From an uncultured Acidimicrobiales bacterium (GTDB taxonomy: Bacteria; Actinomycetota; Acidimicrobiia; Acidimicrobiales; SZUA-35), in assembly GCA_963698395.1 (NCBI GenBank), contig CAVOQQ010000001.1, forward strand, positions 2,284 through 66,283: a DNA stretch of 64,000 nt, written 5' to 3'. Made by a program: the position numbers and the translations under genes. Below the pieces are notes generated by a model. It was not told the DNA's origin. It did not search any database and was given only the letters and a program-made list of their open reading frames with translations. Below, one piece after another: positions 37,960-47,459 of the stretch. Numbering within the stretch: the first letter of the stretch is position 1; every line of letters begins with the position of its first letter.

Positions 37960-38551
37960 GGCAGGATTCATTCGAGACACCGACGCAATTCCTGAACGAG
38001 GTGCCCGAAGCACGGCCCGCTCCAGTCCGATCTCGCCAGTGCCGCAGACCCAGGCCACGAGATGATCGCGACACAGGACGAACAACCAGCCACTCGGCAA
38101 CCGACGAAGTGTTTGACCTGAACGGGAACAAGGGGGCGGTCGTAGTTGGCTGAGTGCCGGAAGCAGAACACGATTGCGACGCTCGATCGGCGGCATGTCG
38201 GTGTCGTGCGGCCAGCTCATGGCGTCTGGCAGAGGTCGACTGTCGGCCCGGTGATTTGCCGGCCCGGACGAGTTCGCCGACAAAGGTGACGTCAAGCGCG
38301 CTCGGGACAAGGTCGGCGGCCGGTGGAGCAGGTCGGGTTCGGTGACGTCGGTGAAGCGCTGTGCCAGGTTGTCCCCGGAGCTGCTGGAGGTGGTGCAGGC
38401 GATGGTCTTCGACGGTCTGACCGCTCGGGAGGCGGGGCGACATGCTCGGTCTCCCCGAGGGCACGGTGAAGGGGCGGATCCGCAAGGCGAAGGCCGAGTT
38501 GCGCGACGTCGCTCGGCACGACTGTCGTTCGAGTTGGGAGATCTGCGATGA
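37960..38551 (+). pseudogene. ECF sigma factor, fragmented
   Basis: The region-4 HTH is split over two frames (LSPELLEVVQAMVFDGLTAREAG at 38342.. and MLGLPEGTVKGRIRKAKAELR at 38442..). A possible region-2 trace WLAECRKQNTIATLDRR near 38,150 follows an in-frame stop. Confidence 0.5.
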
Positions 38552-39300
38552 GCTCATGGCACGTCGACGAACGCGCGCTACGTGGCGTACGCCGCTCGGG
38601 AGCTCGAGGCTGCTCCAGCGAGCATCGGTCGAGGCCCACGTCATGGGTTGCGGGACATGCCGGGCTGACCTGGCTCGCCTCACCGGCGGTGCGGTCGGCA
38701 CGTTGTCGTTCGAGCGGCTGTGGGATCGCAGTGCAGACGCGTGGTCGAGCTGCGCTCGGCGGTCCGTATCGACGCGGTGGCTCCGTCGCGATCGGTGTCG
38801 CCGAGCGCGGACACGGTGATGGTCGCGTCAGATCGGCAGGCAGTGCCTGCAGTGGACGATCGCGACCACGCTGATGCTCGCGCTGGCAGCTTTCGCGGCG
38901 GCGCTCGGCGTGCACGACTCGGCGCGGCTCGGGTTCGTGCTGCTCGCGCCGCTGCTGCCGGCGCTGGGAGTGGCTGCGACCTACCGCCTCACTCCGACCA
39001 GCACGACTGCGGCGCTCGAGATCACATCGCCGTACTCGCCGGCACGGCTGCTGTTGTGGCGAACCGGCGTACTGCACGTCGCCACCGCCGTACCGACCGC
39101 GATCGCACTCGGGTCGATCATCCCGGGAGCTCGCGTGGATGGCGGTCGCGTGGCTGCTGCCGAGCGCTGCGTGCACGACGATCGTGCTCGTCGCGGCCAC
39201 CTGGACCGACCCGGTCAGGCCGGCGGTGGCGATGTCGGCCAGTCTGGCTCGGGCTCGTCGCCACCTGGCACATACGACACGTTCCTGACGCGGTGTCCAC
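38548..39300 (+). pseudogene. zf-HC2 anti-sigma factor with membrane domain, multiple frameshifts
   Basis: MSSWHVDERALR, then VEAHVMGCGTCRADLARL (H-x3-C-x2-C) in another frame. The TM segments (LMLALAAFAAALG...LLAPLLPALGVAATY) are in a third frame. Confidence 0.55.
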
Positions 39301-39420
39301 GCCGGCGACGCAGTTCGCATCGCTCGCTCATCGCCGCTGGCGGCTGGTGCCGTGTTCGACTCGCCGACTGCGTCGTCTTCCGCAGTCCCCGCTCTCTGAT
39401 CCGAAGAAAGGCCCATCCGA

Positions 39421-40315
39421 TGAACGTCACCATCCAACTCGAGCACGTCACCCGCCGGTATCGCGATGCCGTCGCGCTCGACGACGTCACGTTGCAGATC
39501 GGCACCGGCATCACTGCGCTGCTCGGGCCGAACGGCGCCGGCAAGACAACACTGCTGTCGCTGCTTGTCGACCGCGGCGGCACCCGACGCGGGATGCGTC
39601 GAGGTACTCGGCCATCGTGCTGAACGGGACCGCTCGCCGAGCGGACCGAGATTCGTCGCCGGCTCGGCTTCCTGCCCCAGGAGGTCGAGTTCCCGTCGGG
39701 GATGACGGCGTTCGGGTTCCTCGAATACATCGCGGTGCTCAAGGAGTGGAACGACAAGACAGCACGACACCACGAGATCCGTCGCGTGCTTCGACGCCGT
39801 ACAACTGGCCGACCGGCCGACGATCAAGATCCGCAAGCTCTCGGGTGGCCAGCGCCGCCGATTGGCGTTCGCCCAGGCGCTGATCGGCGAACCGGACCTG
39901 CTGATCCTCGACGAACCGACGACCGGCCTCGATCCCGAGCAACGAGCCGTGTTCCGGGCGACGCTGTCCGAACGCGGCCGCCACGGCACCGTGCTGCTCG
40001 CCACCCACCAGACCGAAGACGTCGGCGCCGTGTGCGACCACGTACTCGTGCTCGACCACGGCAGGGTCGCGTTCGCCGGTGACGTGCCTTCGTTCATCGA
40101 CTCGGCCCGCGGGCGCGTGTGGGTCGACGACGCTCCGGTTCCGAACGCGATCGCCACGTGGCGAGACCCCAACCGGCGGGTCAGATCGGTCGGCGGCGAT
40201 CCGCCGCCGACCGCACGACCCTGCCGACCCCACCGTCGAGGACGCCTATCTCCTCCTCGTCGGCCCGACCGCAAACGCAGAGGGTGGCAGCATGACCACG
40301 GCGACCGCCGGCTGA
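39421..40315 (+). pseudogene. ABC transporter ATP-binding protein, at least 4 frameshifts
   Basis: MNVTIQLEHVTRRY...GPNGAGKTTLL (Walker A), MTAFGFLEYIAVL, LSGGQRRRLAFAQAL...LLILDEPTTGLD and the C-terminal DPTVEDAYLLLVG each lie in different frames. Confidence 0.75.
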
Positions 40316-41196
40316 TGTCGAGCGACGATCGATCGGTCATCGGCGACCGCTCGCATGGCTGCTGCTCGTTCGGATGGAGATGATCCGATACGCACGGCCG
40401 TCCGGCGTTCGTACTCGGGGCAGGCGCTGACACTGGCCGTCCTCCTGCCGTACCTCGATCCGGCAGAGCCGGTCGACGAGCTGTCGATGATCGCTCCGGC
40501 AGCACTGATCGGACTGATCGGAATCACGCTCGAGCGCGCAGCGGGTCTGGGCATCGGACCGGTGCGCCGACGCGGCTGGTTCGACACCGGTGCCGATGGC
40601 TACCCGCACTCTCGCCCACCTCGCCGCCTGTCTGGTGCCGTTCACCGTCGGGCTGGTCTTCGTCGCGGTCAGCTACGTGCGCTACCTGACCGATCCTCCA
40701 CCTGCGAGCGGGTACGCGGCGCTTGATGTCGGACGGATGGGTGGCTGGCGGTCTGGTTCGCGCTCGGTGCGGTGAGCTGTCTCGGCGGGCCGATCCTCGG
40801 CGTCCTCATCGCCAGGATGACCGAGCGACGATGCGGCGCCGATCCTCATCTCGGTCGGGCTCGTCGCACTGGTCATCGTGTTCCAAGGCCTGTTCGAACC
40901 ACTACGCCGAATCCGCGTGGTCATGCCGTGGACCTACTGGGGCGGGCCGTTCGGCATCGACGGCGACCCGCAACGCTCGATGGTCCTGACCGGATCGCCA
41001 TACTGGTGGGTCGGTGTACCTGCTGATGCTGTGTGCCATCGCTGCGCTGGCGGCGACTCCGGCGGGATCGCACCTGGCGATCGCCTCGCAACAGGACGGC
41101 ACTGGCTGTCGCTCGCGGATCGCTGCCGTGATCACCTGTCTGCTGGCGATGTGGACCGGCACGCGCGGACACGATCATCAACCCGCTCCCCGGTGA
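40316..41196 (+). pseudogene. ABC-2-type membrane protein, heavily frameshifted
   Basis: TM-like stretches (LAHLAACLVPFTVGLVFVAVSY, GGPILGVLIA, ISVGLVALVIVFQGLF, YLLMLCAIAALAA) are scattered over all three + frames. Confidence 0.45.
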
Positions 41197-41199
41197 CGG

Positions 41200-41836
41200 G
41201 ATCAGCTGACGTGGGTGAGCCCAGCGATGCGATCCGCGTCATCGCCCGCTACAGCCGTACCGGCGACACCGTGGGGCCTGTTGGCGACGAACGCTGCGGT
41301 TCGTTGATCGGGCTCCTGCTGATCGTCGCTCGCTGGCCGGCGGCGATGTGGCCGCTGCACGGCGCGGCGATCGGGCTGCTCGGCGGCGTGTCGGCGTGGT
41401 CGGTCGACGAGCGCTGCTCGGCAATCGTCGACGTCGCGCCCCGCCCGCTGTGGTGGCGCACCGTCGCCCGAACACCAGCGGCACTTCTGCTCGTCGTCAG
41501 CGTGGATCGCGAGCACATCTCGCCGTTCGCGACCGGCTCCCCGATCACCTCGGCGTCCTCATCCTGCAAGGAACCAGCGCTGCCGCAGCCGGGTTTGCCG
41601 CCGCGACGTGGCAGCGAACCCGCAGCCAATCCGAACCCGGGCAGCGGATCGCCATGTTCATCTGTCCCGCAGTCGTGGCGATCGCGCTGGCGAAGCCCTG
41701 GAGCGAACACGCGCCCCTGTTCCCGATCTGGCCGCACGAGAACTGGCCCCGGGCAACCATGATCTGGTCCGTCACCGCCGGGCTTGCGGTCGTGAGCCTG
41801 GCCGTGGCGCTGACGCGAGATGCAGCCGACCAGTGA
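41200..41836 (+). pseudogene. second membrane protein of the decayed operon
   Basis: LIGLLLIVARWPAAMWPLHGAAIGLLGGVSAW lies in the frame of ORF 40878... The C-terminus ...MFICPAVVAIALAKPW...MIWSVTAGLAVVSLAVAL lies in the frame of ORF 41348..41836. Confidence 0.4.
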
Positions 41837-41887
41837 TGATCGCGATCGCGTGCGTCTAGCGTCGAACATGCGCGTCATCTCAAGCCC

Positions 41888-42075
41888 GTTGAGATGCCGG
41901 CGAAGAGCTCACAGAAAGCTCACGGGACAGGCGTAAGCAGTGGGGAGCAGCGGAGAACACTGGCCGTCGTCCTAGGCCGTTGACCTGCGATTGCGCGTGT
42001 TTCCCCAGGTCATCCGACGAGTCCCAATGTGCTCATAACCCGGAGGTCGTGGCTTCAAATCCACCCCTGCCGCCA
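41888..42075 (+). repeat. att-arm-like repeat, copy C, ending in a second tRNA-Met 3' half
   Basis: Homologous to 45742-45906 at about 75-80% by eye. CTCAC motifs lie at 41908 and 41919. Ends ...CTCATAACCCGGAGGTCGTGGCTTCAAATCCACCCCTGCCGCCA. Confidence 0.7.
42032..42075 (+). pseudogene. orphan 3' half of a tRNA-Met (CAT) gene
   Basis: Anticodon loop CTCATAA, CCCGG, variable AGGTC, then a T-arm GTGG/CCAC with an 8-nt loop (1 extra nt), the acceptor 3' strand and CCA. Upstream ATGTG cannot pair with CCCGG, and no acceptor 5' strand is present. Confidence 0.7.
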
Positions 42076-42090
42076 TTTACCCTGTTCAGG

Positions 42091-42120
42091 GGGCTGTATT
42101 TCGGTACAGCCCTCTTTCGC
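42091..42120 (+). terminator. rho-independent-type terminator after the tRNA remnant
   Basis: 8-bp stem GGGCTGTA/TACAGCCC with a 6-nt loop, followed by TCTTTCGC. Confidence 0.6.
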
Positions 42121-42130
42121 GTACCGGGCT

Positions 42131-42156
42131 CTCACGCAGATCTCACACCAGCTCAC
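42131..42156 (+). promoter_or_regulatory. three helically phased CTCAC motifs (candidate arm-type protein-binding sites)
   Basis: CTCAC at 42131, 42142 and 42152 (spacing 11 and 10 bp). The same motif pair with 11-bp spacing occurs at 41908/41919 and 45763/45774. Confidence 0.35.
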
Positions 42157-42346
42157 AAATTTGGGCGGGAATCCCTGTGATCAAGCCGCCGATGGAGCGA
42201 CCTTCGGGTTGGGTGCCCGACGAGAAGCTGCGGAATTCGGAACGTATCGGGGATTCCAGACCGCAGGGCCGCCCGAGTGGGTGTCGACTGCCAGCCGTAG
42301 CGCACCCGGTTGCTCGAGAACCGAGAGTGGGTAGCTGGCGGAGGTC

Positions 42347-42634
42347 TCAGTGAACCGTTGCCGCGGCTTCTGCCGGAACGATCCGTGCGGTGTGGCGACG
42401 GCGGTGGACGAGGGTTGCGATGCCGATGCCGGCGGCGAGGATCGTGTAGTTCACGGCGAAGTAGGCGAGCGTGTTCGCGAGCGGCTCGTCGGCTTGTTCG
42501 CCCAGCAGGACGTTGTGGGTCTGGAACGGCATGATGAGCAGCCAGACCGCGGCGAGGGCGATGTAGAGGTGGCGTCGGTTGGGTACGAACCATCCGAGGG
42601 TGGGGGCCAGGATGACGATGGCAATGAGGTTCAT
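42347..42634 (-). CDS. small membrane protein (3 predicted TM)
   Basis: 95 aa: MNLIAIVILAPTLGWFVPN...LYIALAAVWLLIMPF...AYFAVNYTILAAGIGIATLV. Confidence 0.5.
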   Translation of the reverse strand: MNLIAIVILAPTLGWFVPNRRHLYIALAAVWLLIMPFQTHNVLLGEQADEPLANTLAYFAVNYTILAAGIGIATLVHRRRHTARIVPAEAAATVH

Positions 42635-42774
42635 GGCGAAGTTCCTTCTGATCGGGGAGGTGGACCATCCGAGTAGGCCATGGGCGAGGTCATCGGGTCA
42701 CGGGGCGGCGATCACTGTTTGGTCGTGAGATGCTCACGGAACCGTCGTGAGACGAAGCTCGTGACAGCGACGGC

Positions 42775-44831
42775 GTGCGGGTGGAGACTGCACCCATTCC
42801 TTCTCGCCTTCTTCTGAAATTTCGTGTCGATGCAGTGCTCGTCGTCGTCAGCGTCGGTTGTCTGGTGGCAACCGTTGCCTTCGTCGCGGTGCTCCAACAG
42901 GGATCTCTCGATGGCGATCTCGGTGAGTGGCTGGTGGCGTGCTTCGCGCCTGGGTTCCTGGTGTCGGGGTGGTGGCTGGTTCGCCGTCGCCCGGGCCTGG
43001 TGCTGGGGTGGCTGTTCCTGTCCGCGGGCGCGTCGGTTGCGATCGCAGGCCTGGGTGCCGCCTATGCCGGAGCGGCGGCGGTGGAGGGCTGGGCGGGCGT
43101 CGACTGGGGATTGTGGATCTTCTCGTGGATGTGGCAGCCCCATGCGGCGCTGATCTCGATTGCGGTGTTGGCGTTCCCCGATGGCCGGTTCGCGGATCGC
43201 TGGCGCCGGGGTCTCGCGTGGTTGGTGACTGCGGTGCTGGGTCTTTCGATGGTGTGGTCGGCGATCGCACCGGGTGCGATCGTCACGACACCGAACAAGC
43301 CCGACGGTGCGCTGCCGGGTCTCATGAATCCAATTGGGATCGACAGCTTGTCGGTGATCGCAGGTGCGATCTCGGCCTCGCTTCTCGTGTTGGGTTTCCT
43401 GGTGGGTCTGTCGCCTCTCGTGGTGACAGCGGTCGCGTGGCGACGTTCGATTGGGTTGCGCCGTCGGCAGTTTCGGTGGGTAACCCTGATCCAGTTGGCT
43501 GGGCTGGTCACACCGGTTGCGGTGTTCGCTCTTCCGGGATCGGTGGGTCCTGTTGTTGCGGTGGCGAGCACGCTGATGATGCAGGTGCTGTTCGTGGTCG
43601 CCATCTTGCAGTGGCGTGCCTTTGAACTCGATGTGGTTGTGCGCCGCTCGGTGTTGGCGGCCTCGTTCCTCGTCGTGGGCCTCGGCAGCTACGCCTTGAT
43701 CGTGGCATTGCTGTCCACCCTGGTCAGCAGCGACGGCCCGATCCCTTCCACCGTGGCTGCAGCGGTAGCCATTGGGATTTTCGGCCCTGCGTCGGCGTGG
43801 GTGCAGCGAGCGGTGAACCGCTGGCTGTACGGGCGCCGAGACGACCCTTACCTGGTCGTCGCTGACCTCGGCCGACGGCTCGCTGCCGCGGCCGATCCTG
43901 CCGATGGTCTTCGAGCGATCGTCACGGCGCTGACCGTGCAGCTGCGCATTCCTTATGCGGTGATAGACGACGCCGCGGGTGTCACGCTCGTCGCCGGCGG
44001 CACTCCCCAGAGCGACGACGTGCCGTTCACTGTCGAGTTGGTTCATCAGGGTCGTCGGGTCGGCGTGTTGTCGGTCGGCCATCGTCGCGGGGAAGGGGCG
44101 CTCACGGCCGGCGAAGCCAACCTGCTCGAAACGTTGGGCCAGCAGGTTGGTGCCGCAGTCGCGGCACGGGATCTCGTCGAGCGTCTGCGTTGGGGCTCGC
44201 GAGCATCTGGTCGTGGCGCGTGAGGACGAGCGCCGACGGATCCAGCGTGATCTTCACGACGGGCTCGGTCCGCAATTGACTGCGGTCACGCTCAAGCTCG
44301 ACGCGGCCCGCAACTACCTTGCTGCCGACGCGGTCGAGACTGCCGATGAACTGGTCGGCAGCGCACGCGAAACACTGCAGGGCACCGTTGGCGACGTGCG
44401 CCGACTGGTGTACTCGCTCGGTGAACCAGCCGTTGCTTCCCTCGGGCTCGGCGCAGCCATCCGTGATGAGGTGAACCAACTCACTCGTGCGTCGGGCGTG
44501 TCGGTCGGCATCGAGGTCGATGAATTGCCCCGTTCTTCCGGCCGCCGTCGAGGAAGCCTTGTATCGGATCATCGCCGAGGCCGTCACGAACGTGGTGCGC
44601 CATGCCGACGCCACTAGGTGCGTCGTCCGTGTCGTGTGCAACGGTGAGGGTCTCGATGCCGATGTCATCGACGACGGACACGGCATCGCCGCTGAGGCCC
44701 TGCCGGGAGTCGGTTTGCGGTCGATGGAAGCACGAGTCACCGAACTCGGCGGCACGATACATGTCGGGAACTGCGCTGCTGGAGGCACCATCGTGAGGCT
44801 GCACGTCCCGCTCGAGGCAAGGACACCATGA
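42775..44831 (+). pseudogene. multi-TM NarL-type sensor histidine kinase (HK1) with two apparent frameshifts (~44,190 and ~44,530)
   Basis: The membrane and sensor part lies in ORF 42775..44223 (GTG start). The H-box VAREDERRRIQRDLHDGLGPQL lies in ORF 43979..44617. The ATPase part LPAAVEEALYRIIAEAVTNVVRHA...GVGLRSMEARV lies in ORF 44487..44831. Confidence 0.8.
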
Positions 44832-45511
44832 CACTGTCGCAGCCCATTCGTGTCGTCGTCGTCGACGATCACGCACTGATCCGCGAGGGTGTCCGAGCCC
44901 TCATCGCGTCCATCGACGGTATGGAACTGGTGGGAGAGGCCGCGGACGGCGACGAAGCCCTCGTGGTGGTGAGCGAGGCCCGAGCCGATGTCGTCCTGAT
45001 GGATCTGCATATGCCCGGCACCGACGGCATCACCGCTACCCGGGCTCTCAGCGCCACCCGCCCCGGTGCCGCGGTGCTGGTGGTGTCGATGCTGGACGAC
45101 GACGCCAGCGTGTTTGCCGCGATGCGAGCTGGAGCCCGAGGGTTTGTTCTCAAAGGCGCCGACCCCGATGAGCTCCGTCGAGCGATCATCGGCGTCGCCA
45201 ACGGTGAAGCCATCTTCGGCCCCGGGGTCGCCGAGCGCGTTCTCGATCTCTTCCTCCGACCGACACCTGCCGAGACGCAGCCGGTGTTCCCCGAGCTGAC
45301 CGAACGCGAACGAGAAGTCCTGGACCGGGTCGCGCGTGGTGAGACGAACCCCGTGATCGCGCAAGCGTTGTATCTCAGCCCCCGCACGGTGGCGAACCAT
45401 GTCTCGAACATCCTGTCGAAACTGCATGCCACTGATCGAACCGACATCGCGCTCAGAGCGAGGAACGCCGGATTGGGTGCAGCCGGTTCGGAGCCGGGGA
45501 GCCTCGGCTGA
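44828..45511 (+). CDS. NarL/FixJ-family response regulator (RR1)
   Basis: The receiver domain has VVVVDDH...VVLMDLHMPGTDG. LuxR HTH LTEREREVLDRVARGETNPVIAQALYLSPRTVANHVSNILSKL is present. Its start overlaps the HK1 stop. Confidence 0.9.
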   Translation: MTLSQPIRVVVVDDHALIREGVRALIASIDGMELVGEAADGDEALVVVSEARADVVLMDLHMPGTDGITATRALSATRPGAAVLVVSMLDDDASVFAAMRAGARGFVLKGADPDELRRAIIGVANGEAIFGPGVAERVLDLFLRPTPAETQPVFPELTEREREVLDRVARGETNPVIAQALYLSPRTVANHVSNILSKLHATDRTDIALRARNAGLGAAGSEPGSLG

Positions 45512-45519
45512 GGACCCAA

Positions 45520-45720
45520 GTCATCCAATCCGGTCCGTCGGAAGGGTGTCCAGCCGGTCGCAGCGGGAGCTTCTCGAACGGATGGGGACGACCCAGTTGG
45601 TGATCTCGCTTCTCGAGAAACAGGGTGGGACACGGAACCGGATCGACACCCTCGTCCGGGTCGCGAAGGTGCTGGATCGGTATCTGGTGGCGTCGTTGCT
45701 GACACGAGGCCCCCGAAATG
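45520..45720 (+). pseudogene. XRE-type HTH protein remnant (copy 1)
   Basis: ...SQRELLERMGTTQLVISLLEKQGGTRNRIDTLVRVAKVLDRYLV within ORF 45399..45863. It lacks its own start and abuts the RR1 stop. Confidence 0.5.
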
Positions 45721-45741
45721 CTCACCGACGCCATCCAGGTC

Positions 45742-45906
45742 GCTTGACGAGATCTCGAAAGGCTCACAGAAAACTCACGGACCGGCGGGAAACAGGGGGC
45801 AGCAGCGGGGAACACCTCTCGTCGTCGCAGGCTGTTGACCAGCAATTTCTCGTGTTTCCCTAGGTCAGCGAAGTAGTCGCAATGTGCTCATGACCCGAAG
45901 GTCGGC
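45742..45906 (+). repeat. att-arm-like repeat, copy D (core truncated after the variable loop)
   Basis: Homologous to copy C. Ends ...CAATGTGCTCATGACCCGAAGGTCG, then unrelated low-GC DNA. Confidence 0.7.
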
Positions 45907-45997
45907 ACCCCGCCCACACCGTGTCGAATAGCCACTCAACCATAAGTATTCTCATGCAGCACTCGGTCTCGGCTGTGGAGGTCCCCCTCCTAACGAC

Positions 45998-47104
45998 CTA
46001 GAGCCGTTTCTGGAGAAGGGCAAGACCGATGTCACCAATGGTTTTGGGAGGTCGGGCACCTGAAGTCGCCACGAGGTTGTCAACGGCCTCTACCAATTCG
46101 ACCTCCGACTTGGCCGACATCTCCTCGTTCACTACTGGCAGCGCTTCAACTCGCGTCGGCCATTGATCTGCCGCCTGTGTCATGTGCGCGTAGCCGGAGT
46201 CAGCGAGCTTCGCCCTGAGTTCCTGGTAGCCCGACTCGTCTAAGTAGAGCGCTGCGACATTCAATATCGACCTCGCTGCGTCCGACTTGTCGCGGTCCTT
46301 CAATTCGAGCGTCTCGTTCAGGATTGAAGCGACCAGCGATTCATCAGGTGTGAGAAGCCAAAGCCAGGGGTAGAGCGTGGACCGTTTGCGCAGTGCGCTT
46401 TGAATAACAAGGCTCGCGCTTCCCGGCCGTTCGAAACTCAGTGCTGCCCGATTCAGCCAGAGATAGCCGAGATCGGCGCCGGAGAGCAGTTTCTCCGGCC
46501 GATGTTCGAAGATGTCCGTTGCTTGCGAAAGAAGCATCGACGGCGGATCGTGAGGACCGGAGTCGTCAACGAGCTGGACTTTCGTCTCTGCGGGCGCATT
46601 CATGACGAGGGTCAGATTCGCCAGAATCGACTCCCGCTCACGTCTTGCGGCGTCCCGAGACCATGCCCGGTAGTCCGCTTGACGAGCGGGCTCGGCCTTG
46701 GTGTTTCGTCGGACGTACACGGCGTTCTGCGGGAAAACCGTGTCGTGCTTCTTACCGCTCCGCACGTTGCCCACCTTGCTGAGCACCAGCGGAGGCTCTG
46801 CAAACGCAGGGATGTCGAGAACGACCGTTGGTAGTGACCCAGCCGCTCGGACCAGTTCGACTCCGACTTCGATTCGGTCAGGTGAGATGAATCGGTCCAA
46901 CAGGTCACCCACGACAGAGGAGTCGAATTTGGCAGCCAGTTCCTCGTCCAGGCCGATCCTCGTACCGTCGTCTGCGAATCCGATCTTGATCGTTCCTCCG
47001 CCGGAGTTTGCCATCGCAACAATCTCTCGAACCAACATCAGCTTTGAGCGTTGGTCGCCGAGATCAACCACCGTCTTGTATTCAACGTCTGCGTTCTCCG
47101 CCAC
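45998..47104 (-). CDS. AlbA_2/Schlafen-type domain protein with uncharacterised C-terminal domain
   Basis: 368 aa. The N-terminus EYKTVVDLGDQRSKLMLVREIVAMANSGGGTIKIGFADDGTRIGL matches the AlbA_2 pattern (E.K...l.k.i.AfANs.GG.i.iG). Codon usage is low-GC. Confidence 0.7.
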   Translation of the reverse strand: MAENADVEYKTVVDLGDQRSKLMLVREIVAMANSGGGTIKIGFADDGTRIGLDEELAAKFDSSVVGDLLDRFISPDRIEVGVELVRAAGSLPTVVLDIPAFAEPPLVLSKVGNVRSGKKHDTVFPQNAVYVRRNTKAEPARQADYRAWSRDAARRERESILANLTLVMNAPAETKVQLVDDSGPHDPPSMLLSQATDIFEHRPEKLLSGADLGYLWLNRAALSFERPGSASLVIQSALRKRSTLYPWLWLLTPDESLVASILNETLELKDRDKSDAARSILNVAALYLDESGYQELRAKLADSGYAHMTQAADQWPTRVEALPVVNEEMSAKSEVELVEAVDNLVATSGARPPKTIGDIGLALLQKRL

Positions 47105-47459
47105 TGCCCAAGTCTAGGTTCACGTTTGATCACCGATGCCCCGGGGACGAGAGTCAGCTACTCAAACACAGCGGTCCTTGTCTCCGCGAACTGCGTACGG
47201 GAGCCGTGCGCATCCAGAGGACGTTCGTGTCGAGGACGACCCGCTTTGGAAGGGCTCTATGGACATGCACGCTGTCAATCACCACTCAGGGATTGGGCCT
47301 GCCGCCAGCGCGGCAAGCACGCTCACTCTGCCGCCGGTGGCAGCGCCACAGGAACCGATGACTCTCGCGACCCACAGACCTGAGAGGACAACGGTCGTCT
47401 CAGACTCGGTGTCCGTCAACACCGCGGACCTCCACCGGTGAGGATTGGCCTTTGGGGGG

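Noticed and set aside
38292-40505. 737-aa ORF on the minus strand across the sigma/ABC block
   Set aside because: It contains the classic antisense-of-ABC-ATPase pattern (…VVGSSRISRSGSPISAWANANRRRWPPESL…; also GRRFVEDQQVRFADQRLGERQSAALATREL in ORF 39739..40233). It is a mirror image of the + strand Walker B and signature region, not a gene.
41970-42010. TTGACC as a -35 element driving a tRNA or small RNA in copies C and D
   Set aside because: No acceptable -10 (TAnnnT) lies at 16-19 bp spacing in either copy. The downstream sequence cannot form a tRNA 5' half.
42712-44082. 456-aa minus-strand ORF, with similar long antisense ORFs at 54274..55401, 36305..37561, 30195..31835, 50892..52184, 57949..59022 and 5578..6930
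   Set aside because: Each overlaps a motif-supported gene on the other strand or frame. Each encodes low-complexity Arg/Gly/Pro/His-rich sequence.
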